DNA from: a virus
Lineage: Duplodnaviria; Caudoviricetes
DNA length: 64,000 nt
Direction: 5' to 3' (one strand)
Virus record (IMG/VR): IMGVR_UViG_2974592485_000001
Location: 42,186-106,185 of that record
The notes under the pieces were generated by a model, which saw only the letters and a list, made by a program, of their open reading frames with translations, was not told the DNA's origin and searched no databases. Below, piece by piece: positions 17,128 through 25,887 of this stretch. The number at the start of each line of letters is the position of its first letter. Position 1 is the first letter of the stretch. Position numbers and translations under genes: made by a program.

Positions 17128-17450
17128 ATTATTATACAGTAGTATATTTAGTCGTAAACAGAGCATTAGTTATCTACACCCCGTAGGGACTGCGAAAAGG
17201 CCAGAGTCCGAAACAATCTAGCAATTAAGGTGATTGTGACGTGGAGCGGGAGGGGCTAATAAACCCTGAGAAGTGTTACTGAGTATATTCTTCACTTAGT
17301 CTGCGGTTAAGTCCGACAGTAAGTGGGTGCGGGTGGGCTTAGCGGCCTCCTTAACCCTGCACTTGAGTATATATCGGTCAGTGTAGGACGATGAGGGAGT
17401 TGCCACCCCAAACGATGCTTGATGCGGCTATTTATATTCTGTATAATAAT
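17128..17450 (+). other. Structured non-coding region upstream of obp (candidate ncRNA/leader or origin)
   Basis: ~27-bp imperfect inverted repeat 17128-17155/17424-17450 enclosing GC-rich nested helices; no ORF. Confidence 0.5.
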
Positions 17451-17508
17451 TCTTCTTTCCTAGGAAAGTTGGGTTAAAGGAATATTTGTTGTAACTAACT
17501 AGAAGGAA

Positions 17509-20331
17509 GTGCGAATGTTCTCTATATTGGAAGGACATGATAGTTTCTCCAGAGACCCCTCAACAGGTTTATGGAAAAGTACTAAGACGGCTGAGTACTC
17601 CTTTGCTAAGGAGTTTAGTCTAGAGCACCCTAATGGTAGGCCTTCGGCTCTACCATTTAAATTTAATGTAGTTGACGAAGTATACCCAGAAACTTTGGGT
17701 GATGCATATCGTCTTCTGAAAAGGCTCACTACGAACCCCCATGTTGTCGCTGTTAGGGGTAAATGTGTTGTGCCTAAGAAAGCCCTCCGTAGACGTAAAC
17801 CTAACTTTGATGTATCTGTTCCTAGTAGAATTATAGCTATGGACGTTGACGGCATTACCTTAAAAGAGGATATTCCGTTTTGGGACATTAATAGGTTAGC
17901 TAAACACGTTATCAAGATGCTTAATAGTATTAGTGAGGATATGTTCCCACTTAATGCAGGGTTTGTAGCTCATGCATCGTCTTCTGCTGGTCTTAAGCCA
18001 GGTATTCGTATGCACTTGATGCTAGAAAGTAATATACCTGTAACTCAAGGGCAGCTAAAATTTTTATTTACTACTATTAATGACTCTAGTAAATTAAAGT
18101 ATGGTGGTGAAATCGCCGACCTAGCCTATTACTCTTCTGTGCAGGCACACTATTTTGCAGACCCAATCTTTAAAGATGGTATTGTCGATCCGTTTATAGC
18201 GGAGAATAAATCACGTCTAGTATTTGTTAGGGGTGCAACGGTCAACTTACCTACTAATCTGCCTGACTTTGAAACTACTCGTGGAGAGTTTAAGGAAGAG
18301 TTTCTTTCCCTGTTAGACCAAGTAACAGGTATTACGGGTGCTACTGAGAAAGTAGAAGCAACTATTTCTGAGTTAGAGGAAGCTGACGATGGTGTATATC
18401 TACGTATTATACCTAAGCTTTACCACAGAGCTTTGGAAGACGGGGTAGACTTTGCTTGGCTAGAACGTGAGATAACTCCGGCTCTAAGTGAATATATTGC
18501 TACCAAGGATAACTCCAGAACTATTGTTGATTACTTCAATAATGGTCGTAGACAGGCGCTCAAAGCATTTGTTAATAATGCTAAACGCGAGATTCCTGAA
18601 AGTAACTTGAAAGGTATTCCACTTAAGAAGTTATCTGCGGACATAGAACCGCATAACAACTACTTGAAAATGACAAAAGTACCACCGGAAGGCACACTTA
18701 CTTTTGTAAAGGCTAGTCTTGGTACAGGTAAGACAACAGCTGTGGTTAAATGGTTAGAGGCTGGAGTACTTCCCGGAAAGTTCCTAGCTATCACAAATAC
18801 TAGGGCATTGGTATCTTCAAACGCTAAAAAGTTTATGGCAGGGCAGTATAACCAGTCAGTGGACATGCTCAACTTTAAGAGGGGGGCGGAACAACGAATG
18901 TCCTCCACTATTCACTCTATACATAAATTTAAATCATTTGTTGGTGAGATAGATACTATATTTATAGATGAATGTGACGCCGTTATGAATGACTTATTAT
19001 TCTCCCCCGTTGTAAAACAGCGGAGAGAGTGTATCTCAGTGCTGAGAGATATTTTAATTAGCGCAAAACGTGTTATTCTGTCTGATGGGGATATCAGCGG
19101 GGAGACTATCGAAGCATATGGTAGTTTGATAGACTTTGATAAACCTATTAACTATTATGTGCATCACCGTAAGATGTTAACAGGAGTACACGCCTACGAG
19201 TTTCCAGACGAAAATAGTATCTGGGTAGCGTTACAAACTAGTCTAGAGCTAGGGGAGAAGTGCATTCTAGTATCAGACTGTGGCCCTGACGAGCTAAATG
19301 AAAAGGGTATGTCCCTGCGTAACAGTACTGATTGTATAGTTAAAGAAATTCACTCTAATTCAACCTCCGATGTGGATATTAGACGTATACTGGACTACAC
19401 TAGTGAAGAACTAGTTGCACAACAAATTGATGCCTTACTATGTAGCCCTTCGGTAACTAGCGGAGTTGACTTTAACTACTTTGATAGTGTATTTGTTATA
19501 ACAAGAACATCCAATCAGGCGCCAAACATGCGCTTTCAGGCAATTAGGCGCGACCGTGGAGCTAAAAATATCTATTACTTCATAGATAAGTCTACTAGTG
19601 GTTTCTCCGCAGGATCTGATCAGTATAATATAGATGAGGGCTGGTTTGAGTTTTCCCAGCAGCTTTACGCGAAGCGTAGGGAGCTGGAGTCTAAGAATTA
19701 CATTAGTACTCTTAGATACTATCTATTAGATCAAGGAGCATCTATAAACATCTTCAGTGAAAGTTGGGGCAATATTGATAGTGCATCAGCAGAGTACACA
19801 GAAGAACGTGTTAAAGCAATATTCCATAGCACCCCGGAATACTCTATGCCTAGGCATGCAGATGCATATGAAGCTAAATTGCTACTGATGCAGTATTACC
19901 ATCTAGAGAAATTATCAGACATAACTGAAGAACTTGTGCTACAGTTTATAACCGAAAAACCAGACCAAAGGGCAGCGTTTCTGCATAAGTTGCAGGATAT
20001 ATTCTGGCCTTCCATACTAAAGTGTAACAACGTTACTTTGTATCCTTTCATAGAGGCACTGCGTAACCATAAGAAAGACTTTTTTATTAGGACTGGACAG
20101 AGTGCTAATCCTAAGTATGCTAGAATGTACTTGGGTATGATGGGAATTAAATCAGACTTTAACTTTGATCAGGTAATAGACTGGTATAGAACCTATTGCA
20201 AGATAGAAGGAATACCTGTTCCAGTCCAATTTATGACCAAGGAAGAGGTAGCTATGCATGAGGAGACCAGAGCAGAATTAGGGGCTAGAAATGGATCAGA
20301 GATGGAAAGTGCCGAAGAAAAAGAAAGCTAA
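17509..20331 (+). CDS. obp: Replication origin-binding protein (SF2 helicase, UL9-like)
   Basis: ASLGTGKTT, FIDECD, SPSVTSGVDF, QAIRRDR motifs; T5 synteny. Confidence 0.9.
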   Translation: MRMFSILEGHDSFSRDPSTGLWKSTKTAEYSFAKEFSLEHPNGRPSALPFKFNVVDEVYPETLGDAYRLLKRLTTNPHVVAVRGKCVVPKKALRRRKPNFDVSVPSRIIAMDVDGITLKEDIPFWDINRLAKHVIKMLNSISEDMFPLNAGFVAHASSSAGLKPGIRMHLMLESNIPVTQGQLKFLFTTINDSSKLKYGGEIADLAYYSSVQAHYFADPIFKDGIVDPFIAENKSRLVFVRGATVNLPTNLPDFETTRGEFKEEFLSLLDQVTGITGATEKVEATISELEEADDGVYLRIIPKLYHRALEDGVDFAWLEREITPALSEYIATKDNSRTIVDYFNNGRRQALKAFVNNAKREIPESNLKGIPLKKLSADIEPHNNYLKMTKVPPEGTLTFVKASLGTGKTTAVVKWLEAGVLPGKFLAITNTRALVSSNAKKFMAGQYNQSVDMLNFKRGAEQRMSSTIHSIHKFKSFVGEIDTIFIDECDAVMNDLLFSPVVKQRRECISVLRDILISAKRVILSDGDISGETIEAYGSLIDFDKPINYYVHHRKMLTGVHAYEFPDENSIWVALQTSLELGEKCILVSDCGPDELNEKGMSLRNSTDCIVKEIHSNSTSDVDIRRILDYTSEELVAQQIDALLCSPSVTSGVDFNYFDSVFVITRTSNQAPNMRFQAIRRDRGAKNIYYFIDKSTSGFSAGSDQYNIDEGWFEFSQQLYAKRRELESKNYISTLRYYLLDQGASINIFSESWGNIDSASAEYTEERVKAIFHSTPEYSMPRHADAYEAKLLLMQYYHLEKLSDITEELVLQFITEKPDQRAAFLHKLQDIFWPSILKCNNVTLYPFIEALRNHKKDFFIRTGQSANPKYARMYLGMMGIKSDFNFDQVIDWYRTYCKIEGIPVPVQFMTKEEVAMHEETRAELGARNGSEMESAEEKES

Positions 20332-20515
20332 AATAAAGCCTAGAGACTCTGTAGAAATGTGCAGAGTCCTCCCAACACGACTAGCTAATATTAAAGGCAG
20401 TGTGGACTGGTTGAGGAAATATCCTCGCACTAAGTTAGGGGAAAATATATCTCATGACCTTAATAATCTATATAAGCAGTTAGCTGAACTGGTAAAGGAT
20501 TCGGAGATTAAATAG
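20291..20515 (+). CDS. Hypothetical basic protein
   Basis: Overlaps the obp 3' end, as in T5-like phages. Confidence 0.6.
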   Translation: MDQRWKVPKKKKAKIKPRDSVEMCRVLPTRLANIKGSVDWLRKYPRTKLGENISHDLNNLYKQLAELVKDSEIK

Positions 20516-20518
20516 TAT

Positions 20519-20547
20519 TTGCAAAGTAGCTGAGAATTTGATATAAT
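20519..20547 (+). promoter_or_regulatory. Sigma70 promoter
   Basis: TTGCAA-N17-TATAAT. Confidence 0.75.
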
Positions 20548-20576
20548 GTATTTATAAATTGAATAAGGAATTAATT

Positions 20577-21275
20577 ATGTCAACTCGCAGAAAGAAAAGC
20601 ATAAACGATATCAGTGATGAGGTGTTCAAAGCTGTTATTGCCCACCTAGAAAATGGAGGTACTAAAAAGGCAGCTTGTGAAATGCTATCCGTATCTTCTA
20701 ATGCAACTATGGAAAGAATGGTTGAGGAGTGGAAAGACCTTCAGATTCTAACCGCAGAAATGAAGAAGAAAAAGAGAGGAACCCCAATTGAGGGGGTAGA
20801 ACTTGCAAACATGATTGAATCCTATTTGCAGGGGGACTCTTTTGAGGAGATAGCTACTAGAAACTATCGCTCTACTGCTATGGTTAAAGCAGTTCTAGAA
20901 CGCAATGGTGCACTACTACGTGTTCAGGGGTCTGTAGACCCACTTAATCCTCCAATGATTCCTGACGAGGCTGTATCAGAATCTTTTGAAGTAGGGGAAC
21001 ACGTATGGGTAGCAGGATACCAATGTATTGGTGAAGTAATGAAAGTAATGGATAACCCTGTGGGGGCTTACAGGGTATACCTGTTGAGCGAAAGTACTCA
21101 ACAATACGTTCACGTAATGTTCTATGAGCTGGCTTCTGTTAAGCATCTAGAAGAGCTGGGAGTTAATATCAAGTCCCTAGGGTACAAATGGTCTAAGGAA
21201 GACTCCTACACCCTACTCAATGCTGCTGTAGCGTCAGCTCTTAAACGGGAAAAGGGAGACAAGAATGCACGTTGA
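20577..21275 (+). CDS. D2: D2-like DNA-binding protein
   Basis: GGTKKAACEML HTH-like segment; T5 synteny; RBS before ATG 20577. Confidence 0.8.
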   Translation: MSTRRKKSINDISDEVFKAVIAHLENGGTKKAACEMLSVSSNATMERMVEEWKDLQILTAEMKKKKRGTPIEGVELANMIESYLQGDSFEEIATRNYRSTAMVKAVLERNGALLRVQGSVDPLNPPMIPDEAVSESFEVGEHVWVAGYQCIGEVMKVMDNPVGAYRVYLLSESTQQYVHVMFYELASVKHLEELGVNIKSLGYKWSKEDSYTLLNAAVASALKREKGDKNAR

Positions 21276-21460
21276 AGAAATAGACATTGGGGTTAGCTCA
21301 CGGCTTTTTAGTTACAGATGACTTACCTAATTGTTGCTATAAATTGGAGTTACTCTACTGGTTAGTAGATCCTACTGAACTAGGGCTACATTTAACTGCC
21401 CTAGGGTGGGGGCTATACACGCAGATGACTGACTGCTTAGTGCAAAATTTTAGTTGCTAA
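21265..21460 (+). pseudogene. Apparently frameshifted small gene between D2 and D3
   Basis: The ATG 21265 frame stops after 18 codons; the +1 frame is open to TAA 21460 (...LVDPTELGLHLTALGWGLYTQMTD). Confidence 0.35.
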
Positions 21461-21482
21461 GTCTACAAACACTTGATATAAT
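21454..21482 (+). promoter_or_regulatory. Sigma70 promoter
   Basis: TTGCTA-N17-TATAAT. Confidence 0.75.
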
Positions 21483-21518
21483 TATTGTATAAATTAATTA
21501 CACAACCGAGGAAATAAA

Positions 21519-21923
21519 ATGTCAACACCTACCCAATGGACCGATGAACTGTTCTCCACTCTGGCTTCTGAATACACGTCTAAAATCACTGCGTATCCAG
21601 AAGATGAACGAGCTGGTGTGAGCATGGAGATTGTTAGTGAAGTAGCAAAAGCAGCAGGCGTTACCCCAAACGGCTTTCGTATTAAGCTTACCAATGCGGG
21701 TCTTTATATTAAGAAGGGAGCAGCATCTAAAGAAACTGCGACCAAGTCTGAGGCTAAATCTGGTGGAGCTAGAACATCCAAAGCAGATGCCCACAACGCA
21801 CTGCGCTCAGCATTTTCAGATGCTGGTTTAGAAGACGATTTTTTAGATGTTGAAATCGTGGATAAGTTAACCGGTAAAGCTGCACTGCACTTAGCAGAAG
21901 CTGTTCGTAAAATTACTAAATAA
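21519..21923 (+). CDS. D3: D3-like DNA-binding protein
   Basis: MSTPTQWTDELF..., LTGKAA; T5 synteny. Confidence 0.8.
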   Translation: MSTPTQWTDELFSTLASEYTSKITAYPEDERAGVSMEIVSEVAKAAGVTPNGFRIKLTNAGLYIKKGAASKETATKSEAKSGGARTSKADAHNALRSAFSDAGLEDDFLDVEIVDKLTGKAALHLAEAVRKITK

Positions 21924-21932
21924 GGATAGTCT

Positions 21933-22235
21933 ATGACTAAATCAGAAATCGAATCCAAATGCAAAGAGTACGGTGAGTTCTATATTCAGTTTGAATATAT
22001 CAAAAAGTCTTTTAAAGGACGAAAAACCACGTACATACAAGGTACCATGGAGTTCGATGAATCGCAGGATAAATACCTAGCAAAACGTTACGCTCAGGAA
22101 AATATCAAACCTGCTGATAAAGATCACATTTTAGTGTTTAGTCGTACAGGGAATGTGTTTCGATACATCCCAGTATCTAAAGTTCGTAGAGTAACTAGTC
22201 TACAATACGAACTGGATAAAGCTAGACCAGTATAA
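21933..22235 (+). CDS. Hypothetical protein (T5-like conserved)
   Basis: RBS; synteny. Confidence 0.75.
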   Translation: MTKSEIESKCKEYGEFYIQFEYIKKSFKGRKTTYIQGTMEFDESQDKYLAKRYAQENIKPADKDHILVFSRTGNVFRYIPVSKVRRVTSLQYELDKARPV

Positions 22236-22531
22236 TGGAAGTTAACCAAGATTACTCTGGTCATGAAGATGACCAGAGTTTCGTTATATTTGAGAGAGAA
22301 GGAACAGAGATAAGACTAACAGTATCTGAATTTAGAGATAACCTTTACCTAGGATTTAGATTGTGGTTACAAGATATTAATGGAGACTGGTTCCCCACTA
22401 AATCTGGCTTTTCTTTTCCATACTCAATAGAGACGACATCACGTATATTCAGAGCGTTCACCAAGATACTTAGTGAATCTGAAGTACTTCATGAAGTATC
22501 GGAACGAGCTAAAGAAAAGGCAGAAGAATGA
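22235..22531 (+). CDS. PC4/p15-like ssDNA-binding protein
   Basis: IRLTVSEFR...GFRLW..D.NGDWFPTKSG motif. Confidence 0.8.
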   Translation: MEVNQDYSGHEDDQSFVIFEREGTEIRLTVSEFRDNLYLGFRLWLQDINGDWFPTKSGFSFPYSIETTSRIFRAFTKILSESEVLHEVSERAKEKAEE

Positions 22532-22553
22532 TACTCTTCTGCCTTTTTTATTT
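22515..22553 (+). terminator. Rho-independent terminator
   Basis: aaaaggcagaaga...tcttctgcctttt. Confidence 0.75.
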
Positions 22554-22579
22554 CATAAAGTATTTCTTAAAGAAGAGAG

Positions 22580-23149
22580 ATGAGGATGACTAATTTTTAT
22601 ACTGGAATAGGCTCTCGAGAAACACCCATAAGCATAACAGACCATATGTCTGATATAGCAGTTGAGCTGTATCACTTGGGTTTCTGGCTTAGAAGTGGTA
22701 GAGCTAAAAGGGCAGACTATGCATTCCAACGTGGTGCAGAGTATGCTGCTAAGGATACTAGAGTATATCGTCAAGAAATATATTTGCCGGACACTTCTTT
22801 TGAGAAACAGTTTGGTAATATAGGAGCTATATTGCCCAGTAAGTTTGACAACTATGAAGACGCGGAATACTTAGTATCGACAATCCATAAGGCCGGAGAC
22901 AATTTAAGGGGTTTTGCTAGGAGAGCACACACTAGGAATATGTATCAAGTGTTAGGGCAGGACTTGAATACTCCCTCTAGATTCCTTATTTGTTATGCTA
23001 AACCGGAGGGTAAAACTAGAGTATCTGGGGGCACTAATAGTGCTTGGGTCCTAGCCGGAAGAAATAACGTTCCTAGGTATAACTTATGGTATGATTCAGC
23101 TCTACAAGACGTGTACTCATTAATAGAGGATTTAAAATGCAAGCCTTAA
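22580..23149 (+). CDS. SLOG/DprA-like nucleotide-binding protein
   Basis: YTGIGSRETP, LRSG.A..AD..F, RN..QVLG, SGGT..A motifs. Confidence 0.75.
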   Translation: MRMTNFYTGIGSRETPISITDHMSDIAVELYHLGFWLRSGRAKRADYAFQRGAEYAAKDTRVYRQEIYLPDTSFEKQFGNIGAILPSKFDNYEDAEYLVSTIHKAGDNLRGFARRAHTRNMYQVLGQDLNTPSRFLICYAKPEGKTRVSGGTNSAWVLAGRNNVPRYNLWYDSALQDVYSLIEDLKCKP

Positions 23150-24114
23150 AAGATTTTATAAAACAATGCCAAGATGCGTATGATAGAGGTTCCCCGCTTC
23201 TAACTAACGAGGAGTATGATGCCTTAACAAGGCGCAACCCTAGAGTGGAGGAGGAAATAGGTGTGGAAGGAGACCAGCCTCACATCTTCCGAATGTACTC
23301 TCTACAAAAAGTGTATAAGTCTCGTGGAGAAGACCATGAACTTATTGACTCTCCTACGTCGGTAGAAACTGACAAACTGGATGGTTGTGCTATATCGCTT
23401 CTATACTTAGATGGTGTTTTAGTACAAGCGTTAACTAGAGGTAACGGCATTAAAGGGGAAGACGTAACTCTTAACGCTAAGATGTTGAATGTACCTCGAA
23501 AGATTGATATTCCAGGAATTCTACAAATCACAGGAGAAGTCTTAGTAACAAAAGAGCTAGACAATATGCGTAACTATTCCTCTGGAGCCATGAGACTTAG
23601 TAGCACAGACGAGTTTTTTGATCGTATTAAAGAGGCAGGGCTAGTATTTGCAGCATATGGAGTTCAGGGATCTACGGAGTCTGTAGGATTATTCCCTACT
23701 TATAGAGAAGATCTTAAATGGTTAGTTACCCAAGGTTTTCTTACCGTAGGAGATATTAATGACCATTTTGATTGGTTTCCTACGGATGGTAAAGTTTACC
23801 GTTTAGATTCTAATACTGCTTTTGTATCCAAAGGGTGGACTAATAAGTTCCCTAGAGGGGCTATAGCATTAAAAGAAGATGCAGAAGGGGAGATTACTAC
23901 CTTGCGCAAAGTTACTTGGGATGTAGGTGCTTCAGGTAAAGTAACGCCAGTCGGACATTTTGATCCTGTAACTATTGACGGTGCTACAATAACTAAGGCT
24001 ACCCTTAATAACCAAGAGTACATTAGCGGTCTGGATCTTGAGTTAAACTGCATGATAAAGGTAATACGTGCTGGCGGGGTTATACCCAGGATCATAGAAC
24101 GTATTTACGACTAA
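23137..24114 (+). CDS. ligA: NAD-dependent DNA ligase subunit A (adenylation + OB domains)
   Basis: KLDG, LTRGNG..GEDVT, TDG, ATLNN, RAGGVIP motifs. Confidence 0.93.
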   Translation: MQALKDFIKQCQDAYDRGSPLLTNEEYDALTRRNPRVEEEIGVEGDQPHIFRMYSLQKVYKSRGEDHELIDSPTSVETDKLDGCAISLLYLDGVLVQALTRGNGIKGEDVTLNAKMLNVPRKIDIPGILQITGEVLVTKELDNMRNYSSGAMRLSSTDEFFDRIKEAGLVFAAYGVQGSTESVGLFPTYREDLKWLVTQGFLTVGDINDHFDWFPTDGKVYRLDSNTAFVSKGWTNKFPRGAIALKEDAEGEITTLRKVTWDVGASGKVTPVGHFDPVTIDGATITKATLNNQEYISGLDLELNCMIKVIRAGGVIPRIIERIYD

Positions 24115-24158
24115 AATAGCGCTTAATCATACCTCCTTACCCAAATAATAAAACCTAA

Positions 24159-24273
24159 TTGACAACACGTCAATTTACATGTATACTAGTTTCATTGATC
24201 GGGTAAGGAGCATCAACTCACAGCATACTGGTAGAAAATTCTACTTGCTATGTTAGTATATTCTTGATATACT
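24159..24273 (+). promoter_or_regulatory. Tandem sigma70 promoters with palindromes
   Basis: TTGACA-N17-TATACT (24159-24187) and TTGCTA-N17-TATACT (24245-24273). Confidence 0.7.
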
Positions 24274-24303
24274 ATGTGTATAGTAATTAATAAGGAAAAT
24301 CAA

Positions 24304-25053
24304 TTGAAGATTGAAATACCCTCTCATTGCCCTTCTTGTGGAGAACCCCTAGAACTGGTTAACTCCCAACTATTTTGTAGGAATAAGGCGGAATGTCCAG
24401 CCCAATCTTCTAAATTACTAGAGCAATTTTGTAGCAAGCTTAAACTTAAGGGGTTTGGCCCCAAGACTTTAGAGAAGCTAGAGATATCCTCTATCCCTGA
24501 GTTATGGAACCTTTCTAAAAAGGATTTAACCAATGCTTTAGGGGATAAAGTAGGAACTAAACTAGCTACAGAGCTTGATACTAAACTAAAATGTCCTTTA
24601 CTTTTCCAAGATTTATTAGGGGCGTTAGGAATACCTTCGTTAGGGGAAGTAGCTGCTAGAAAACTGGCAGAAAAATACAACTCTTTTAAAGGTATACAGG
24701 CAGAAGGTAAATTAGGAGAACATCTTAATAACTGGTTAGATAGTACCGTAGGCAAGGACGTAATTGCTCTTCCTTGGAAGTTTATATCTAAAAAGGATAA
24801 AAGGCTTCCGCAACCTCTAGGAGTAGAGGTTTGTATTACAGGGGTACTCTCAGCTTTCTCTAATCGAGCAAAAGCTATAGAGTATCTAACAGGCTTAGGT
24901 TTTACAGTAAAAGCCTCAGTTTCAAAAAGTGTCAAATATCTTATTTGTGAGGATGAGAATCGAGTCAATTCCTCTTCGTATCAGAAAGCAAAACAGAATG
25001 GGATCGAAATCCTGTCAATTAAACAACTTTTGGAGAAAACATGTCTAAATTAG
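24304..25053 (+). CDS. ligB: NAD-dependent DNA ligase subunit B (Zn finger, HhH, BRCT)
   Basis: CPSC...C....C, GFGPK, LGIPSLG and BRCT ITG motifs; TTG start after AAGGA. Confidence 0.9.
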   Translation: MKIEIPSHCPSCGEPLELVNSQLFCRNKAECPAQSSKLLEQFCSKLKLKGFGPKTLEKLEISSIPELWNLSKKDLTNALGDKVGTKLATELDTKLKCPLLFQDLLGALGIPSLGEVAARKLAEKYNSFKGIQAEGKLGEHLNNWLDSTVGKDVIALPWKFISKKDKRLPQPLGVEVCITGVLSAFSNRAKAIEYLTGLGFTVKASVSKSVKYLICEDENRVNSSSYQKAKQNGIEILSIKQLLEKTCLN

Positions 25054-25799
25054 TATGGAATGAAGAAAACACTAACGCCCTTGAAGCAAAAGCAAAAGCA
25101 CTGTCCGCAGATGTTGTAAGTCAAGAACACGTAGCAACGATTGCTGCTGAACTGTCCGAAGAAACTGGTAAAGACGTATCCACTCGCTCTATCGGTTCTA
25201 AGCTGCGTAAGCTGGGGTACTCTGTACAAAAAGCTAATGAAGCGGTTAAGTCTGCTTGGAGTGACGAGCAAGAAGCTGAACTGGTTGCTTTCCTGACCAA
25301 CTATGCAGGTGCGTATACTTATGCAGAAGTTGCTGCTGCTGTAGCAGGTGGTACATTTACTGCTAAACAAGTTCAGGGTAAGATCCTTAGTCTGGAACTT
25401 CATGGCTCAGTTAAACCTACGGAACGTACTGCACCCGCTCGTACTTTCAGTGTAGATGAAGAAGCTAAGTTCATTAGTCTTGCAGCTCAAGGTAAGTCTA
25501 TTGAAGAAATCGCAGTAGCTTTCGATAAGACTGTTAAGCAGACTCGTGGTAAGGCACTCTCACTGCTACGTGAAGGCCGTATTCAAGCTATCCCTTCTCA
25601 ATCTGAATCCGCCGCAAAAGCGCGTGAAGATGTTCTGGAAGGTCTGGATATCGAATCTATGATCGTTTCAGAAATCGCGGAAGCGACTGGCAAGTCTGAA
25701 CGTGGTGTAAAATCTATGCTGTCACGCCGTGGCCTTGTTGCCAAGGACTACGATGGTGCTGCAAAGCGTCAGAAGCTGGACGACAAAGCTGCTAAGTAA
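25041..25799 (+). CDS. D5: D5-like DNA-binding transcription regulator
   Basis: Repeated HTH-like units; highly expressed codon bias; T5 synteny. Confidence 0.85.
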   Translation: MSKLVWNEENTNALEAKAKALSADVVSQEHVATIAAELSEETGKDVSTRSIGSKLRKLGYSVQKANEAVKSAWSDEQEAELVAFLTNYAGAYTYAEVAAAVAGGTFTAKQVQGKILSLELHGSVKPTERTAPARTFSVDEEAKFISLAAQGKSIEEIAVAFDKTVKQTRGKALSLLREGRIQAIPSQSESAAKAREDVLEGLDIESMIVSEIAEATGKSERGVKSMLSRRGLVAKDYDGAAKRQKLDDKAAK

Positions 25800-25819
25800 T
25801 TAGCGCATTTTCAACCTTA

Positions 25820-25853
25820 GGGGATGGGGCATTTGTCCCATCCCCTTTTCTTT
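25820..25853 (+). terminator. Rho-independent terminator
   Basis: ggggatggggca-tt-tgtcccatcccc plus T tract. Confidence 0.8.
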
Positions 25854-25887
25854 TATTTAACGGCGGTAATCGCATAAGAGATTAGGT

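Noticed and set aside
24324-24968. Long antisense ORFs (also 17499-17915, 27695-28111, 55243-55752 and others)
   Set aside because: Shadow frames of well-supported genes on the opposite strand; no RBS or recognisable motifs.
23137-25053. Split ligase as a pseudogene or novel system
   Set aside because: A two-gene NAD ligase is an established T5 feature, and both halves are intact.
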